A stretch of 61,475 nucleotides of DNA from Candidatus Acetothermia bacterium (lineage in GTDB: Bacteria; Bipolaricaulota; Bipolaricaulia; RBG-16-55-9; DRXL01): NCBI GenBank assembly GCA_016179105.1, contig JACOSB010000143.1:1-61475 (forward strand), written 5' to 3'. The notes below the pieces were generated by a model. That model saw nothing but the letters and a program-made list of their open reading frames with translations. It was not told the DNA's origin and ran no database searches. This document shows, piece after piece, positions 44,028 to 53,624 of the stretch (its first letter is position 1; each line of letters begins with the position of its first letter). The translations under genes and the position numbers were made by a program.

Positions 44028-46424
44028 ATGCCGCCTGTGATACTTGGCCCACGTTGTAACCGTCGTGTCACCTGCTCTCCAGATCCTCATAACGACCGTA
44101 GCGAGTCTGCCTTGGCAGTCAATCCCAACAACCCATACAATATGGTCGGCTCCTCTAAACGTTTTACAGATCCACATACCTATGCCTTTGCGCTTGCAGC
44201 CTACTATACATTCGATGGCGGGCAGTCTTGGAATGAATCGCCACAACCATCGCTTTTGGTCGGATGGGATGGCACTTCAGATCCTGCAGTTGCCTGGGAT
44301 AACCTGGATAATGTCTATCTTGTGGCTCTCCCATTTGGCCCCCCAACCCCATCGAATCCTGATGGCCTTATCGGCATCGCAGTCTATAAATCAACTGACG
44401 GAGGCCGAACTTGGGGTCCGCCCAACCTGATTCATTCCAGCAGCGGAGACGACAAACAATGGGCTGCCGGAGATCTCAATCCTACTAGCCCACACTACGG
44501 GAATGTCTACGCCGCATGGGATGATGGTGATGGCATCGGTGTTTCCAAACTCGCCTTTGCACGTACGACCGACCACGGTGTTACCTGGAAAGGTATCAAG
44601 GTAGGAGGGATCGACCAGCCTGCGGGAACTGCACTTCCTAGTATAAACGACTCCGGCGCCCCCGAACTGTCTGTGGCTGCTGATGGAACTATTTATATTG
44701 TTTGGGTTGCAGGGAACAAGATCAAATTCGTCAAATCGACCAATGGTGGTGACTCCTTCACTGCCCCTGCTGTCGTTGCGAGCGGCATCAGTCCGATTCC
44801 CTCACGGCTTCCAGGAGGGACATTCCGAACGTTTAGCCCTCCTACCGGCTGCACCGGAACAGGGAATCATGTGATATTCGCGTGGGCCGACTACCGTGAG
44901 ATGGTATCGGGTGCGAGGAAATCACGAATTTACTATCGACACTCGACAAACGGAGGGAATACTTGGCAGGGGCCTGCCTCGGGACAACCGTTATTGACTG
45001 GGGCCGTTGCCTCAGCAGCCGATCAACATGATTTCCATCCTCAACTGATCAGCACCCCTAGCGGAGAAATCGGCTGTGCGTTCTATGAATTCGGACCGAA
45101 AGGAGGAGGCACGACCCCGCTGATCGATGTCGTGTTGGCAGTATCGACAGACAATGGCGCAACCTTCCCAAATCGAGTAACAGTCACGGACCAGCCGTGG
45201 GACCCTACGGTAGATGAAGTCTGGGCGCATGGTGATCCAAATGTGACGTTTATTGGTGATTATTTTGGGCTCGACGCGAGTCGACTTGGCTTCTTCCCCT
45301 TCTGGACAGATACTCGCACAGGGGTGCAAGAGATCTTTACTGCCCGAGTTTCCGTGAATCCCGCCGATGTCTACATCCGCGACTCTAGCTCCGATGTGGG
45401 TGATGTGCCCTCGCCCGGTTTTCACTGGGAAGCTCCTGACCTCATCGTGCGCAGACAGCCTGATGGGAATATCAACTTCGTGAATGAAGATTTGTTGCGT
45501 GACGGAGTAACGGATCATTATGTCTACGCTAGCGTGAAAAACAGAGGACCCAATACAGCGCGAAACGTGCGTCTGGCTGTGACCGTCGGCAATTATCCCT
45601 CCTTGATCGCCTTACCGGGAACAGAATTTCGCTACCCTCAGGATTGGTATTCGGGAGATTGGGATACATCCGCTTTGAAAGCTAATCACCTCTTCCTGGG
45701 AGAGAGTACATCTACGAACATCGCTAACGGAGCTACACAGATCATTGGACCTGTCTTGTGGCCTGCAGCTCAAATTCCCCCTCCAGCTTCATGGCACCCT
45801 TGTCTCTTAGCGGAAGTTCGCGCCGACAATGACGATTCAGCAGGGGGTATCAACGGCTGTGACATTGATGTTGATCCCGACCCCTGCGCTTACGGCTCCT
45901 ACTTCTGGGGAAACAATAACATCTGCCAGCGTAATTTGAGCTATGCCACCATTATTGCAAGTGCAGTTACTCGTATTGAATTGCCTTTCCTCGTCGGGAG
46001 TCCATGGAGCACAGCTCGTTTTCTGGAAGTCATCATTGATAAAGGCAAGGAATTGGCGAAAATTCCCATGACGTTACGTATGAAACCGGTAAAAGAGAAT
46101 GACGGGTTAGGCAGTACTATCCATCTTTCGTCAACGTTGGAGACGAGTCACGGAACCGTCAATCTGGGTGACGAATGGAAGCTGACTCGTTCCAGAGCTG
46201 TGGTGGGTTTCTCAGTAGGCGTTGGCCAACAGAGATGGATGACGCTTTCTTTCACAATTCCTCCTCAAACATTGAAGGCTGGCATTCACACGCAGGTGGA
46301 GATTTTCCAGCGCAATGAGAAGAAGACAATTACTGGGAGCGTGATTTTAGACCTAATGGTGGCGAAGGCTGGCACAGCCATGAAGAAGGCTCTTGGTACG
46401 CGTAAGAAAGGAGGCAAACGTTGA
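44028..46424 (+). CDS. BNR/Asp-box repeat sialidase-like beta-propeller protein (798 aa)
   Basis: Asp boxes YTFDGGQSW, KSTDGGRTW, RTTDHGVTW, STNGGDSF, HSTNGGNTW and VSTDNGATF. An AGGAGG RBS is present. Confidence 0.7.
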   Translation: MPPVILGPRCNRRVTCSPDPHNDRSESALAVNPNNPYNMVGSSKRFTDPHTYAFALAAYYTFDGGQSWNESPQPSLLVGWDGTSDPAVAWDNLDNVYLVALPFGPPTPSNPDGLIGIAVYKSTDGGRTWGPPNLIHSSSGDDKQWAAGDLNPTSPHYGNVYAAWDDGDGIGVSKLAFARTTDHGVTWKGIKVGGIDQPAGTALPSINDSGAPELSVAADGTIYIVWVAGNKIKFVKSTNGGDSFTAPAVVASGISPIPSRLPGGTFRTFSPPTGCTGTGNHVIFAWADYREMVSGARKSRIYYRHSTNGGNTWQGPASGQPLLTGAVASAADQHDFHPQLISTPSGEIGCAFYEFGPKGGGTTPLIDVVLAVSTDNGATFPNRVTVTDQPWDPTVDEVWAHGDPNVTFIGDYFGLDASRLGFFPFWTDTRTGVQEIFTARVSVNPADVYIRDSSSDVGDVPSPGFHWEAPDLIVRRQPDGNINFVNEDLLRDGVTDHYVYASVKNRGPNTARNVRLAVTVGNYPSLIALPGTEFRYPQDWYSGDWDTSALKANHLFLGESTSTNIANGATQIIGPVLWPAAQIPPPASWHPCLLAEVRADNDDSAGGINGCDIDVDPDPCAYGSYFWGNNNICQRNLSYATIIASAVTRIELPFLVGSPWSTARFLEVIIDKGKELAKIPMTLRMKPVKENDGLGSTIHLSSTLETSHGTVNLGDEWKLTRSRAVVGFSVGVGQQRWMTLSFTIPPQTLKAGIHTQVEIFQRNEKKTITGSVILDLMVAKAGTAMKKALGTRKKGGKR

Positions 46425-46714
46425 GTTGTGATGAAGGCCTCGATTTCCTGACGCGTCACGGTGATGAGGGACTTCTTCCGACTCTGGCAAAACTGCCGCA
46501 GATCCTGGAGATAATTCTCCACTGCAGATAGCGAAATGGATCGTGTTGGTGGATTAGGCGCGATCATCTTAGCCAGAAATTTTGTGAATCGCGCATCATC
46601 AATCCTGAAACAAGCAAGATGTCACAGTGGGCCAACACGGATCAGAAGAGGCTATCACGGCCTTCTCGATTTGCGCATGCGATTATCTGGTCACCATTGC
46701 GAAAGGAGAACACC

Positions 46715-49700
46715 ATGAGCTGGTTTCCAATAGGTCCCGATTTCGTATTTGCTCCGCGCAACGAGAACTTTAAACGCCTTTCGCGGCGCAACGAGGTCGG
46801 ACGACAAGGCTTAGTTAGTAACATTGCCATTGACCCCAACGATCCCGCCACGATCTATGTCGTCGAGCGCCCTTCGTCCGGAGGATCCTCCGCCTTTCGC
46901 ATGAGAACTGAGGGCGGGATCGAAGGCGCCTCCTGGGTGCCGATTGCCGACTCGTTACAGCAGCTTGATCCCACCGTGGATCCATCGTGCATCGCGGTGA
47001 ATCCCGACCCGGCGCGTTCAAATATTATTTACATGGGTACTTGGTCCAACATGGGCTTTTACGTGTCAACCACCCGCGGCGATACGTGGGGGACACGGAA
47101 TGCCATTTCCGGCAACGTACTCAAGATTATCGTTGACCCGCGCACCGCGTCCAATCCTGCTACCACCGTTCTTTATGCTGCCACGACGACCGGCGTCTAT
47201 CGTTCGCCCGATGGTGGCACGACCTGGACGCAAGTGCTCGCAGGCGGTGTGTGGTCGCTCGCGGCCTATATCCCCGCCACCGGTACGCCTCATTTTTATG
47301 CAAGCATTTGGCAGAGCGGCATTTTTCACACTACTAACCCTAGCGCGCCGGGCAATTGGACCAATCTCAACACGCAGGGCATCGGTCTGCCAGCTCATAC
47401 TGCAAGCACGATCACTGAGCCGAATGGCAACTTTGACGCGATCCTGGTAGACCTGTGCCCGCGCAATCCGAATCGTGTCTATGCGTGGATGTCCAAGATT
47501 TCTTGCGACACGATGGGGAGGAATTGCCAGCAAATCACTGCAGCGCTCTACACGACCTCCTCGCCTCTCACTGTCTGGACGCCAGTAGCCATGACTCCGG
47601 CTCCAGGGGATACTTTGCCTCCAGGGCCAGGACAGGGCTTGTATTCTTTTGCACTCGGCATCGCACCAAACTCACCTGGCAATGGTGCGAACGACATCTT
47701 GTTTTTTGCCTCGACCCCTCTCTATCGCTCGACCGATGGCGGTCAGACCTGGCAAATGGACGCAATCGGTTACCATGCGGATCAGCATGCCTTTGCCTTT
47801 TTCCCAGAGAACCCAGCCGCTGGCGTGATTTCAGCCTTCTATATTGGCTGTGACGGCGGTATCGCCATGAGCAGCAAGTTCTGCGATCCTGCGTTTTCCA
47901 TTTCCACCGCCGCCACAGATTTTGATGAAGGGCTGAACTACAGCGATTTGGGCGTTTACCAAAATTACAATCATGGGAAGCAGAGCAGCGCGGTCTATCA
48001 ATACGCCAGTGATCCCACCATTGCCGCGCTGGGCTACATTGGCTGCCAGGATACCGGCGTCGGTGCGGGCAGCGGCGCATTCGGCTGGCGTGGCATTGCC
48101 GATGCAGACGGGGGTGCCATTGCCGCCGCGCGCGGCGTGAACGGTGTAAACGTTTGGGGCATCCTTGGTGCTTTCTGCGACTGGCCCGGGTTCAGAATTA
48201 CTTCATGGACCGACAAGGGAGAATTTTCACCGGCGAGTCGTTTTGTGACTTTAGGAGCGGGCGGATCGCTGCTCGCCGGTACAACAAATTATGTGGTTGG
48301 GCTGGACGGCCATTGTCTCGCAGGCGCCGCCGTGCGAAACTCTACAACGCTCAACTCTGCCATCACCACGACAGGCAGCCAAGCCGCAACTCCAGCCTCG
48401 ATGGCGAGCATCGTCGTCGGGTCGGTGCTGGCGGTTGGTGACGATCCATGCAGCGACCCCAATAGAGAATATGTGACGGTCACCGCCGTGACGGCGTCCA
48501 CGTTCACCGCGAATTTCACAAAGACCCATCCGGCTGGGACCAATATCCGAATCGAACTGGATCACAATATGGTCACGCGCATTGACGGCACCGGCAGCGT
48601 CAGCCAAATCAGCCAGGATTTTGGCTCATCAAATCAAGTCTCAATCGTCGCTGCCCATCCCACCAATCCAAATATTCTTTATTGCGCCACGCGCGATCAA
48701 AAGCTCTGGATGACCAATAACGGCTCAACGGCGTCGAGCAGCACGGTGTGGACCGAGATCGCCGGAGGCAAGCCAAGTTTCCTCACGATGTCTTCTATCG
48801 CGATTGACAACGCGGGAAATGTGTACGTTCTTCTCAAATCTTCGGTGATTACCGGTGGCGGTGAGGTCAGCACGACCAGCCCGCTCTTCAAAATTGCTGG
48901 CGGCAATTGGATTCACCAATCTTGCACCAATTTACCGCCCCCAATCCCAAATATCCTAGGGTTTGGGAAACTGCTCGCGGACCCCGTGCAACCCAATGTT
49001 CTCTACGCCAGTCATGACGCACGTGTGTACAGACTAACGCTGACGGCAGGGAGCTGGGTTTGGCAGGACATCAGCGACGGCTTACCTGGGCAGTGGATTT
49101 ATGACCTGTGGATCGGCAACGTTGGCTCTTCCGGTTCGCCTAAGGTCCTGCTGCGCACCGCCATCCCGACACGCGGCATTTGGGAACGCGACGTGACTGC
49201 AGGAGCAACCGATCCGCCGATCGCTTTGTACGTCCGCGACAACTTGGTCGATCAGGGCTGGCTCAATCCCTCACCCGAGGGGATGCCCAACCCGTACGAT
49301 CCGACCGATAACGTTTGGCATTACCAGTGCGCTGACATCAAGATTGACGCGCAGCAGCCCGGATCAGGAGCAGTCTCACCCTTTTATCAGACCGACCCGG
49401 AAGGTAGCACTCCGCCCATTACCCATGTCCTCTTTGACCAATTGAACGATAACAGCCAGAACCTACCACAGATGGATATGGCCTGGGTGCATGTGCAGGT
49501 GCACAATCGCAGTCGCACTTTGGCGAACAACATCCGCGTCTGGGCGATCTACTGCAACGCTTCGGGAGGCGTACCCGCGTTGAGTGCGAGTCCCTCTCTG
49601 GGCAATGCCTTCCCATTCTGGAGCCAGTTCATTGTCACCGGACAGATCATTCCGAACCTGCCTGCCGACAGCCCTTGGAAGTCAGTTGGACTGCCACAGA

Positions 49701-50680
49701 CATTGTCAGGTATTGATGCGATGAGCCCCAAAGTGGCATCATGGCTGTGGACGATTCCCACTCTACCTTCGGGAGATCCAGGACATTACTGTATAATGGT
49801 TTTTATTCACAGCGCCACCAGCCCGAGTAACGAAACGAACATGGACGCCAATCAAGTTGCTCGGACGAATAGACAGGTGGGACAGAAAAATCTGCACATC
49901 GGCCCCCCCCTGCCGCCCAGTCCTTCACAGGGCGGTGGGGCAGGCGGCGCGGGAGGTCAGCCCAGAGCTCAGGTGATGGAAGAGTACGTCGAGTTCCACA
50001 ACCCAACCACCACGCCGAGAGAAGCTTCGCTGGTTTTTGACCTGCGCAGGCTGCCGTCGGAGCTCGCCGTATCATTCAAACTCACACGCTTGAATACTGT
50101 CAATCCACTTCATAGTTCCGTGAGCGGCGTCGCCAAGATTCGCCAGCCCGGAATCATCGAGCAAATCTCGGCATGGCTCGGGTTTATGCTACGTTGGCTG
50201 GGATGGCTCATCCAGTGGCTTGGATGTTGGATCGAGAACTTGGGTCGGCGGATCCTCGGCTTGCCGCTGAAATCATGCAGGTTCGAGCCCGACGTAAAGC
50301 TCCCCGATTTCGAAAGCACCATCTACGAAGCTGAACCGTCCGCGTTGGTGGAGATCAAGGGAGTGCGTCTCCCAGCCTTTGGATTCGTCGCGGCTCTGCT
50401 TTCGATCCGCAACACCGGCACACTTGAAGAGGGAAGCGAAAATCGCTTCGAGGCACAGCAACTGGTGAAAGGCGAAGTCGTTGGAGGGAGCACCTACGTG
50501 GTGCGCATCGCTGGAGCGAGGAAGTTCCCGCCAATCATCGTCGCGGATTCACAACGAACTGACCTGGATCTCCGTACGCTAGAACGAATCGAGCGCGAAG
50601 CCGAGGAAATCAGGTATGTGCCGCCCTGGGCGAAAGACATCGTGGAAACCCGCGAGAAAGAGCAGGGCAAAAAGATCTAA
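46715..50680 (+). CDS. large BNR/Asp-box repeat protein with C-terminal Trp-rich amphipathic segment (about 1320 aa)
   Basis: Asp boxes YRSPDGGTTW and YRSTDGGQTW. The start is placed at MSWFPIG behind GGAG; the 46619 upstream start is rejected. The C-terminus carries a WLGFMLRWLGWLIQWLGCWIENLG heptad-like W-L-G repeat. Confidence 0.65.
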   Translation: MSWFPIGPDFVFAPRNENFKRLSRRNEVGRQGLVSNIAIDPNDPATIYVVERPSSGGSSAFRMRTEGGIEGASWVPIADSLQQLDPTVDPSCIAVNPDPARSNIIYMGTWSNMGFYVSTTRGDTWGTRNAISGNVLKIIVDPRTASNPATTVLYAATTTGVYRSPDGGTTWTQVLAGGVWSLAAYIPATGTPHFYASIWQSGIFHTTNPSAPGNWTNLNTQGIGLPAHTASTITEPNGNFDAILVDLCPRNPNRVYAWMSKISCDTMGRNCQQITAALYTTSSPLTVWTPVAMTPAPGDTLPPGPGQGLYSFALGIAPNSPGNGANDILFFASTPLYRSTDGGQTWQMDAIGYHADQHAFAFFPENPAAGVISAFYIGCDGGIAMSSKFCDPAFSISTAATDFDEGLNYSDLGVYQNYNHGKQSSAVYQYASDPTIAALGYIGCQDTGVGAGSGAFGWRGIADADGGAIAAARGVNGVNVWGILGAFCDWPGFRITSWTDKGEFSPASRFVTLGAGGSLLAGTTNYVVGLDGHCLAGAAVRNSTTLNSAITTTGSQAATPASMASIVVGSVLAVGDDPCSDPNREYVTVTAVTASTFTANFTKTHPAGTNIRIELDHNMVTRIDGTGSVSQISQDFGSSNQVSIVAAHPTNPNILYCATRDQKLWMTNNGSTASSSTVWTEIAGGKPSFLTMSSIAIDNAGNVYVLLKSSVITGGGEVSTTSPLFKIAGGNWIHQSCTNLPPPIPNILGFGKLLADPVQPNVLYASHDARVYRLTLTAGSWVWQDISDGLPGQWIYDLWIGNVGSSGSPKVLLRTAIPTRGIWERDVTAGATDPPIALYVRDNLVDQGWLNPSPEGMPNPYDPTDNVWHYQCADIKIDAQQPGSGAVSPFYQTDPEGSTPPITHVLFDQLNDNSQNLPQMDMAWVHVQVHNRSRTLANNIRVWAIYCNASGGVPALSASPSLGNAFPFWSQFIVTGQIIPNLPADSPWKSVGLPQTLSGIDAMSPKVASWLWTIPTLPSGDPGHYCIMVFIHSATSPSNETNMDANQVARTNRQVGQKNLHIGPPLPPSPSQGGGAGGAGGQPRAQVMEEYVEFHNPTTTPREASLVFDLRRLPSELAVSFKLTRLNTVNPLHSSVSGVAKIRQPGIIEQISAWLGFMLRWLGWLIQWLGCWIENLGRRILGLPLKSCRFEPDVKLPDFESTIYEAEPSALVEIKGVRLPAFGFVAALLSIRNTGTLEEGSENRFEAQQLVKGEVVGGSTYVVRIAGARKFPPIIVADSQRTDLDLRTLERIEREAEEIRYVPPWAKDIVETREKEQGKKI

Positions 50681-51477
50681 GTGGGTTGTTTCATGTTCTT
50701 TGATAAAAGTTGGCGTCGCCATCGCTAAAAAAGACCAACTTTTCCCAAGGAACTTCCGGCTATCTACTTAGACTAAAACAGCGCAGAAAGGGGGAATAAA
50801 CGTGCCTGAGAATAATTCAAGTGATGGAGTAGATCAATTACGAATACGTCATGGTTTTGGGTCGTCCTCTTTGGTCTGACTGCGGTCGCGGTAGTCGGAT
50901 CGGCCACCGCTATCATCGGTACCCATAGTAGGAGCTTTCTTTGGTATACAGGTAGGTTCTGCAGGAAAGGAAAAAGCAGAGAACGAGCGCAAAATAGCCG
51001 AAGAGCGAGTATTGCATTTCGCTTCACTTGCCCAACCTAAAGTTGCTTCACAAGTCCTCGGAATCCAGATCAAGAACCCTTCAGGATCCACCGCACCGCC
51101 GGGATAAGGTTCATGAAGAAAGTCCGGCTGTACAGAGAGTACTGGTAGTCTGATCCGTTATCTTCCTGACCGACGGCTTGTCTGAGAAGGCTACCTCAAT
51201 CGTTCTGTCAAAACTCAGAGACAATGCGGTCTTATGGTGTTTTAGGATTCGTGGAAACCTAAAAATGTTACATTCGGGCCAAAAGATAACATTCCCACAC
51301 AACAACCGCCCCTCGACTTGATCTCGTAAAGGGAAAGGTTGCATTAATGTTAGCCTTGAAATCGAAGATTACATTTTTTCGGAGGTAACACCAGTGGAAT
51401 GAAATCATCCGTTTTTTGAGAAAGTACGACATAGACATGATCAGGTCGCAGGCGATGGCTGCTGAAACAAACAGCAC

Positions 51478-51506
51478 TTGATCTTATACCTTTTAAGATA
51501 TATAAT
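51478..51506 (+). promoter_or_regulatory. near-consensus sigma70 promoter (TTGATC-17-TATAAT) for the higB-like operon, predicting a leaderless transcript
   Basis: The -35 is at 51478-51483, the -10 TATAAT at 51501-51506, and the ATG at 51512, which is 5 nt after the -10. Confidence 0.5.
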
Positions 51507-51511
51507 GGTGC

Positions 51512-51889
51512 ATGGCGTGGGAAGTGGATGTTTATAAGGAAGAGGATGGCTCATCCCCGGTAGAGTGTTATCTATGGTCGTTGCCGGAAAAGCATTTGGG
51601 GAAGCTGCTACAGATCATCGAGATGCTAAAAGAGCGGGGACCGGCTTTGCCCTTCCCCTATTCCAGCCAGATCGAGGGGAAACTGCGGGAGTTGAGGATC
51701 CAGTACGGGAATACAGACTATCGGATCCTGTACTATGGCAACAGGGCAAGAAGTTTTGTGCTCCTCCACGCCTTCAACAAAAGAACCGAGAAAACACCTG
51801 CGCGTGACAAGCAATTGGCACTCAAACGAATGAAGATCGATGAGCAGAGATTTGAAAGGAGGCTGCGCCATGAACAGAAGAAAAAATAG
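51512..51889 (+). CDS. type II toxin, RelE/ParE superfamily, Gp49/HigB-like
   Basis: MAWEVDVYKEEDGSSPVECYL...YRILYYGNRARSFVLLHAFNKRTEKTP matches the Gp49-like/HigB pattern over its full length. Confidence 0.7.
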   Translation: MAWEVDVYKEEDGSSPVECYLWSLPEKHLGKLLQIIEMLKERGPALPFPYSSQIEGKLRELRIQYGNTDYRILYYGNRARSFVLLHAFNKRTEKTPARDKQLALKRMKIDEQRFERRLRHEQKKK

Positions 51890-52193
51890 GTATGAAGAGT
51901 TCAAAAAGAAAGCGCTGAAAAACCCGAGGGTCAGAGCGTCCTTCGAAGAAGGGCTTGATGAACTAAGGGTGGCTGTTGCCGCGGCGGAACTCCGTCAGAA
52001 GATGCAGCTCTCTCAGACCAAACTCGCCAAGAAGGTGGGAACGACCCAGGCCGTCATCTCCAGGTTTGAGAACGGAGGGAACGTGGAGTTAAGGACGCTC
52101 TTTAGAGTGGCACGCGCCTTGGGCACGATTCTCAGATTTGAGTTTGTGCCTCATAAGGAGCGGCATAAGGCAAGTTCAAGTAAGAGAGCGTGA
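51870..52193 (+). CDS. HigA-like XRE-family HTH antitoxin
   Basis: The start MNRRKNRY lies behind AAAGGAGG. The HTH LSQTKLAKKVGTTQAVISRFENG is XRE-type. The gene overlaps the toxin gene by about 20 nt. Confidence 0.65.
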   Translation: MNRRKNRYEEFKKKALKNPRVRASFEEGLDELRVAVAAAELRQKMQLSQTKLAKKVGTTQAVISRFENGGNVELRTLFRVARALGTILRFEFVPHKERHKASSSKRA

Positions 52194-52249
52194 AAAGTGT
52201 CTCATTCAACTCAAACTTATAGGCGTGAAAGCTGTCCGGGAGAGGGTCC

Positions 52250-52933
52250 TCAGCCGGACATCAATGCCGCGTAAATCCCCTTCGGACGCCGCAAAATATC
52301 GTAAACCGTGCTCTTTGGCACCCGGTACTTGTCGGCCAGCTCCCTTACACTCAAATGCTTTGCCTTTCGATCACACCGCATGGCCGCCATGATCTCTTGT
52401 TCCATCTCATCTACCAAGAGTTTCCCATTCTCCCACCGGTGACCGAAGGGTGCCGCGCCCAGCCATTCGCCTTTGCTTCGTTTGTAAGTGAGTGCACCCT
52501 TTGTACGCTCGGAGATCAAGTTGCGTTCCATTTCAGCAGCGCCCGCCATGACTGTGAGGAAGAAGCGGCCAAGCGCCGAGGCGCTGTTGAACGCTGATCC
52601 TCCAAGGTCGAGCAAATGGAGCGCGATACCCTGCTCATCCCAGGTCTTCACGGTGGCTAAGCAGTCCACTGCATCGCGGAACAGTCGGTCAAGCTTGATG
52701 GCGACGACGGTGTCCGCATCGCGGGCGCTAATCGCCTCCAGCAACTTGGCACCAGCAGGCCTCTTCGCCAGGGGTTTTGCTGCACTCACTCCCTCGTCGG
52801 AAAGTATCTTTGATAGCCGAATGCCTTGAGCCGAACAGTATGCCCGGATCCTTTCCACCTGTGCCGGCAAGCTCAATCCTTCACGGGCCTGTTCCTCCGT
52901 GCTCACTCGGGTATACCCAAACGCTTTCTTCAT
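52250..52933 (-). CDS. serine recombinase (resolvase/invertase family)
   Basis: N-terminal GYTRVSTEEQ catalytic Ser motif, the resolvase core, and a C-terminal HTH (VPKSTVYDILRR). Confidence 0.8.
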   Translation of the reverse strand: MKKAFGYTRVSTEEQAREGLSLPAQVERIRAYCSAQGIRLSKILSDEGVSAAKPLAKRPAGAKLLEAISARDADTVVAIKLDRLFRDAVDCLATVKTWDEQGIALHLLDLGGSAFNSASALGRFFLTVMAGAAEMERNLISERTKGALTYKRSKGEWLGAAPFGHRWENGKLLVDEMEQEIMAAMRCDRKAKHLSVRELADKYRVPKSTVYDILRRPKGIYAALMSG

Positions 52934-53012
52934 GGAAGCCTCCCAGCATGAGTATACTAGATGATCTTATCCTACAACTAGGAAATTTTGAAACTGCCGT
53001 ATGTTAAGGCCA

Positions 53013-53624
53013 TCAGTTGTCGAACCGCTCCACCCAGAGAGTTCCATCTTTCTTTAAGAGACCGTATTCAAGCTGGGACGGCCGCCAAGACCGATCACTG
53101 TAAATAGCCCTGGAGAAACAAAAAGTGCCAAGATGTTCGGCGCAATACCGTTCCATCGCCCGGTAGACCTTGCCGCGCTCGGATCGCCCCCGGTTGATGT
53201 CGGATCGTTGCGGGAAGAGATTCACATCAAGTCCGCCGCCTAGGGCATGTCCCATGAAATGTCCCTTGTCTGTGCTGACCTCCTTCGCGTCTTCGAGCCG
53301 TCCTCCCAGAAAGCCTCTGATTCGGGACGCGTCCCTTTTCCCAGCACTCTTCTGGGATCTGCCAAAGACCGCCACGACCCGGTCTTCCACGGCTTCATCT
53401 TCGGGAACGGCGCCTTGAGCCACCAACTCCGCAGACAAGTCAAACAAGAACTCGAAGTGGTTATCATTGAACTGCAAGATGTTAGTGGGGGTTGGAGTCA
53501 TCGCCCGATATTTGTCGCACCATATATCCGGCAATACATCGACTAAGTATTGGATCTTCTCTTCTAAGTTACAGTCGGCTACCTCCGTCAGCAGAGTCTC
53601 ATAGTTGACCGACAACTCCTCCAT
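53013..53624 (-). CDS. His-Me finger (DNA/RNA non-specific, EndoG/Serratia-nuclease-like) endonuclease
   Basis: KGHFMGHALGGGLDVNLFPQRSDINRG follows the DRGH...N.PQ....N.G nuclease motif. The start is placed at the internal MEELSV; the longer ORF overlaps the neighbouring gene. Confidence 0.45.
   Translation of the reverse strand: MEELSVNYETLLTEVADCNLEEKIQYLVDVLPDIWCDKYRAMTPTPTNILQFNDNHFEFLFDLSAELVAQGAVPEDEAVEDRVVAVFGRSQKSAGKRDASRIRGFLGGRLEDAKEVSTDKGHFMGHALGGGLDVNLFPQRSDINRGRSERGKVYRAMERYCAEHLGTFCFSRAIYSDRSWRPSQLEYGLLKKDGTLWVERFDN

Noticed and set aside
50801-51030. Hydrophobic TM-like reading frame (FWVVLFGLTAVAVVGSATAIIG) in the gap after the last BNR gene
   Set aside because: The frame has no start codon (no ATG, GTG or TTG before the hydrophobic stretch) and is flanked by stops. 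It may be a gene remnant but is not callable.
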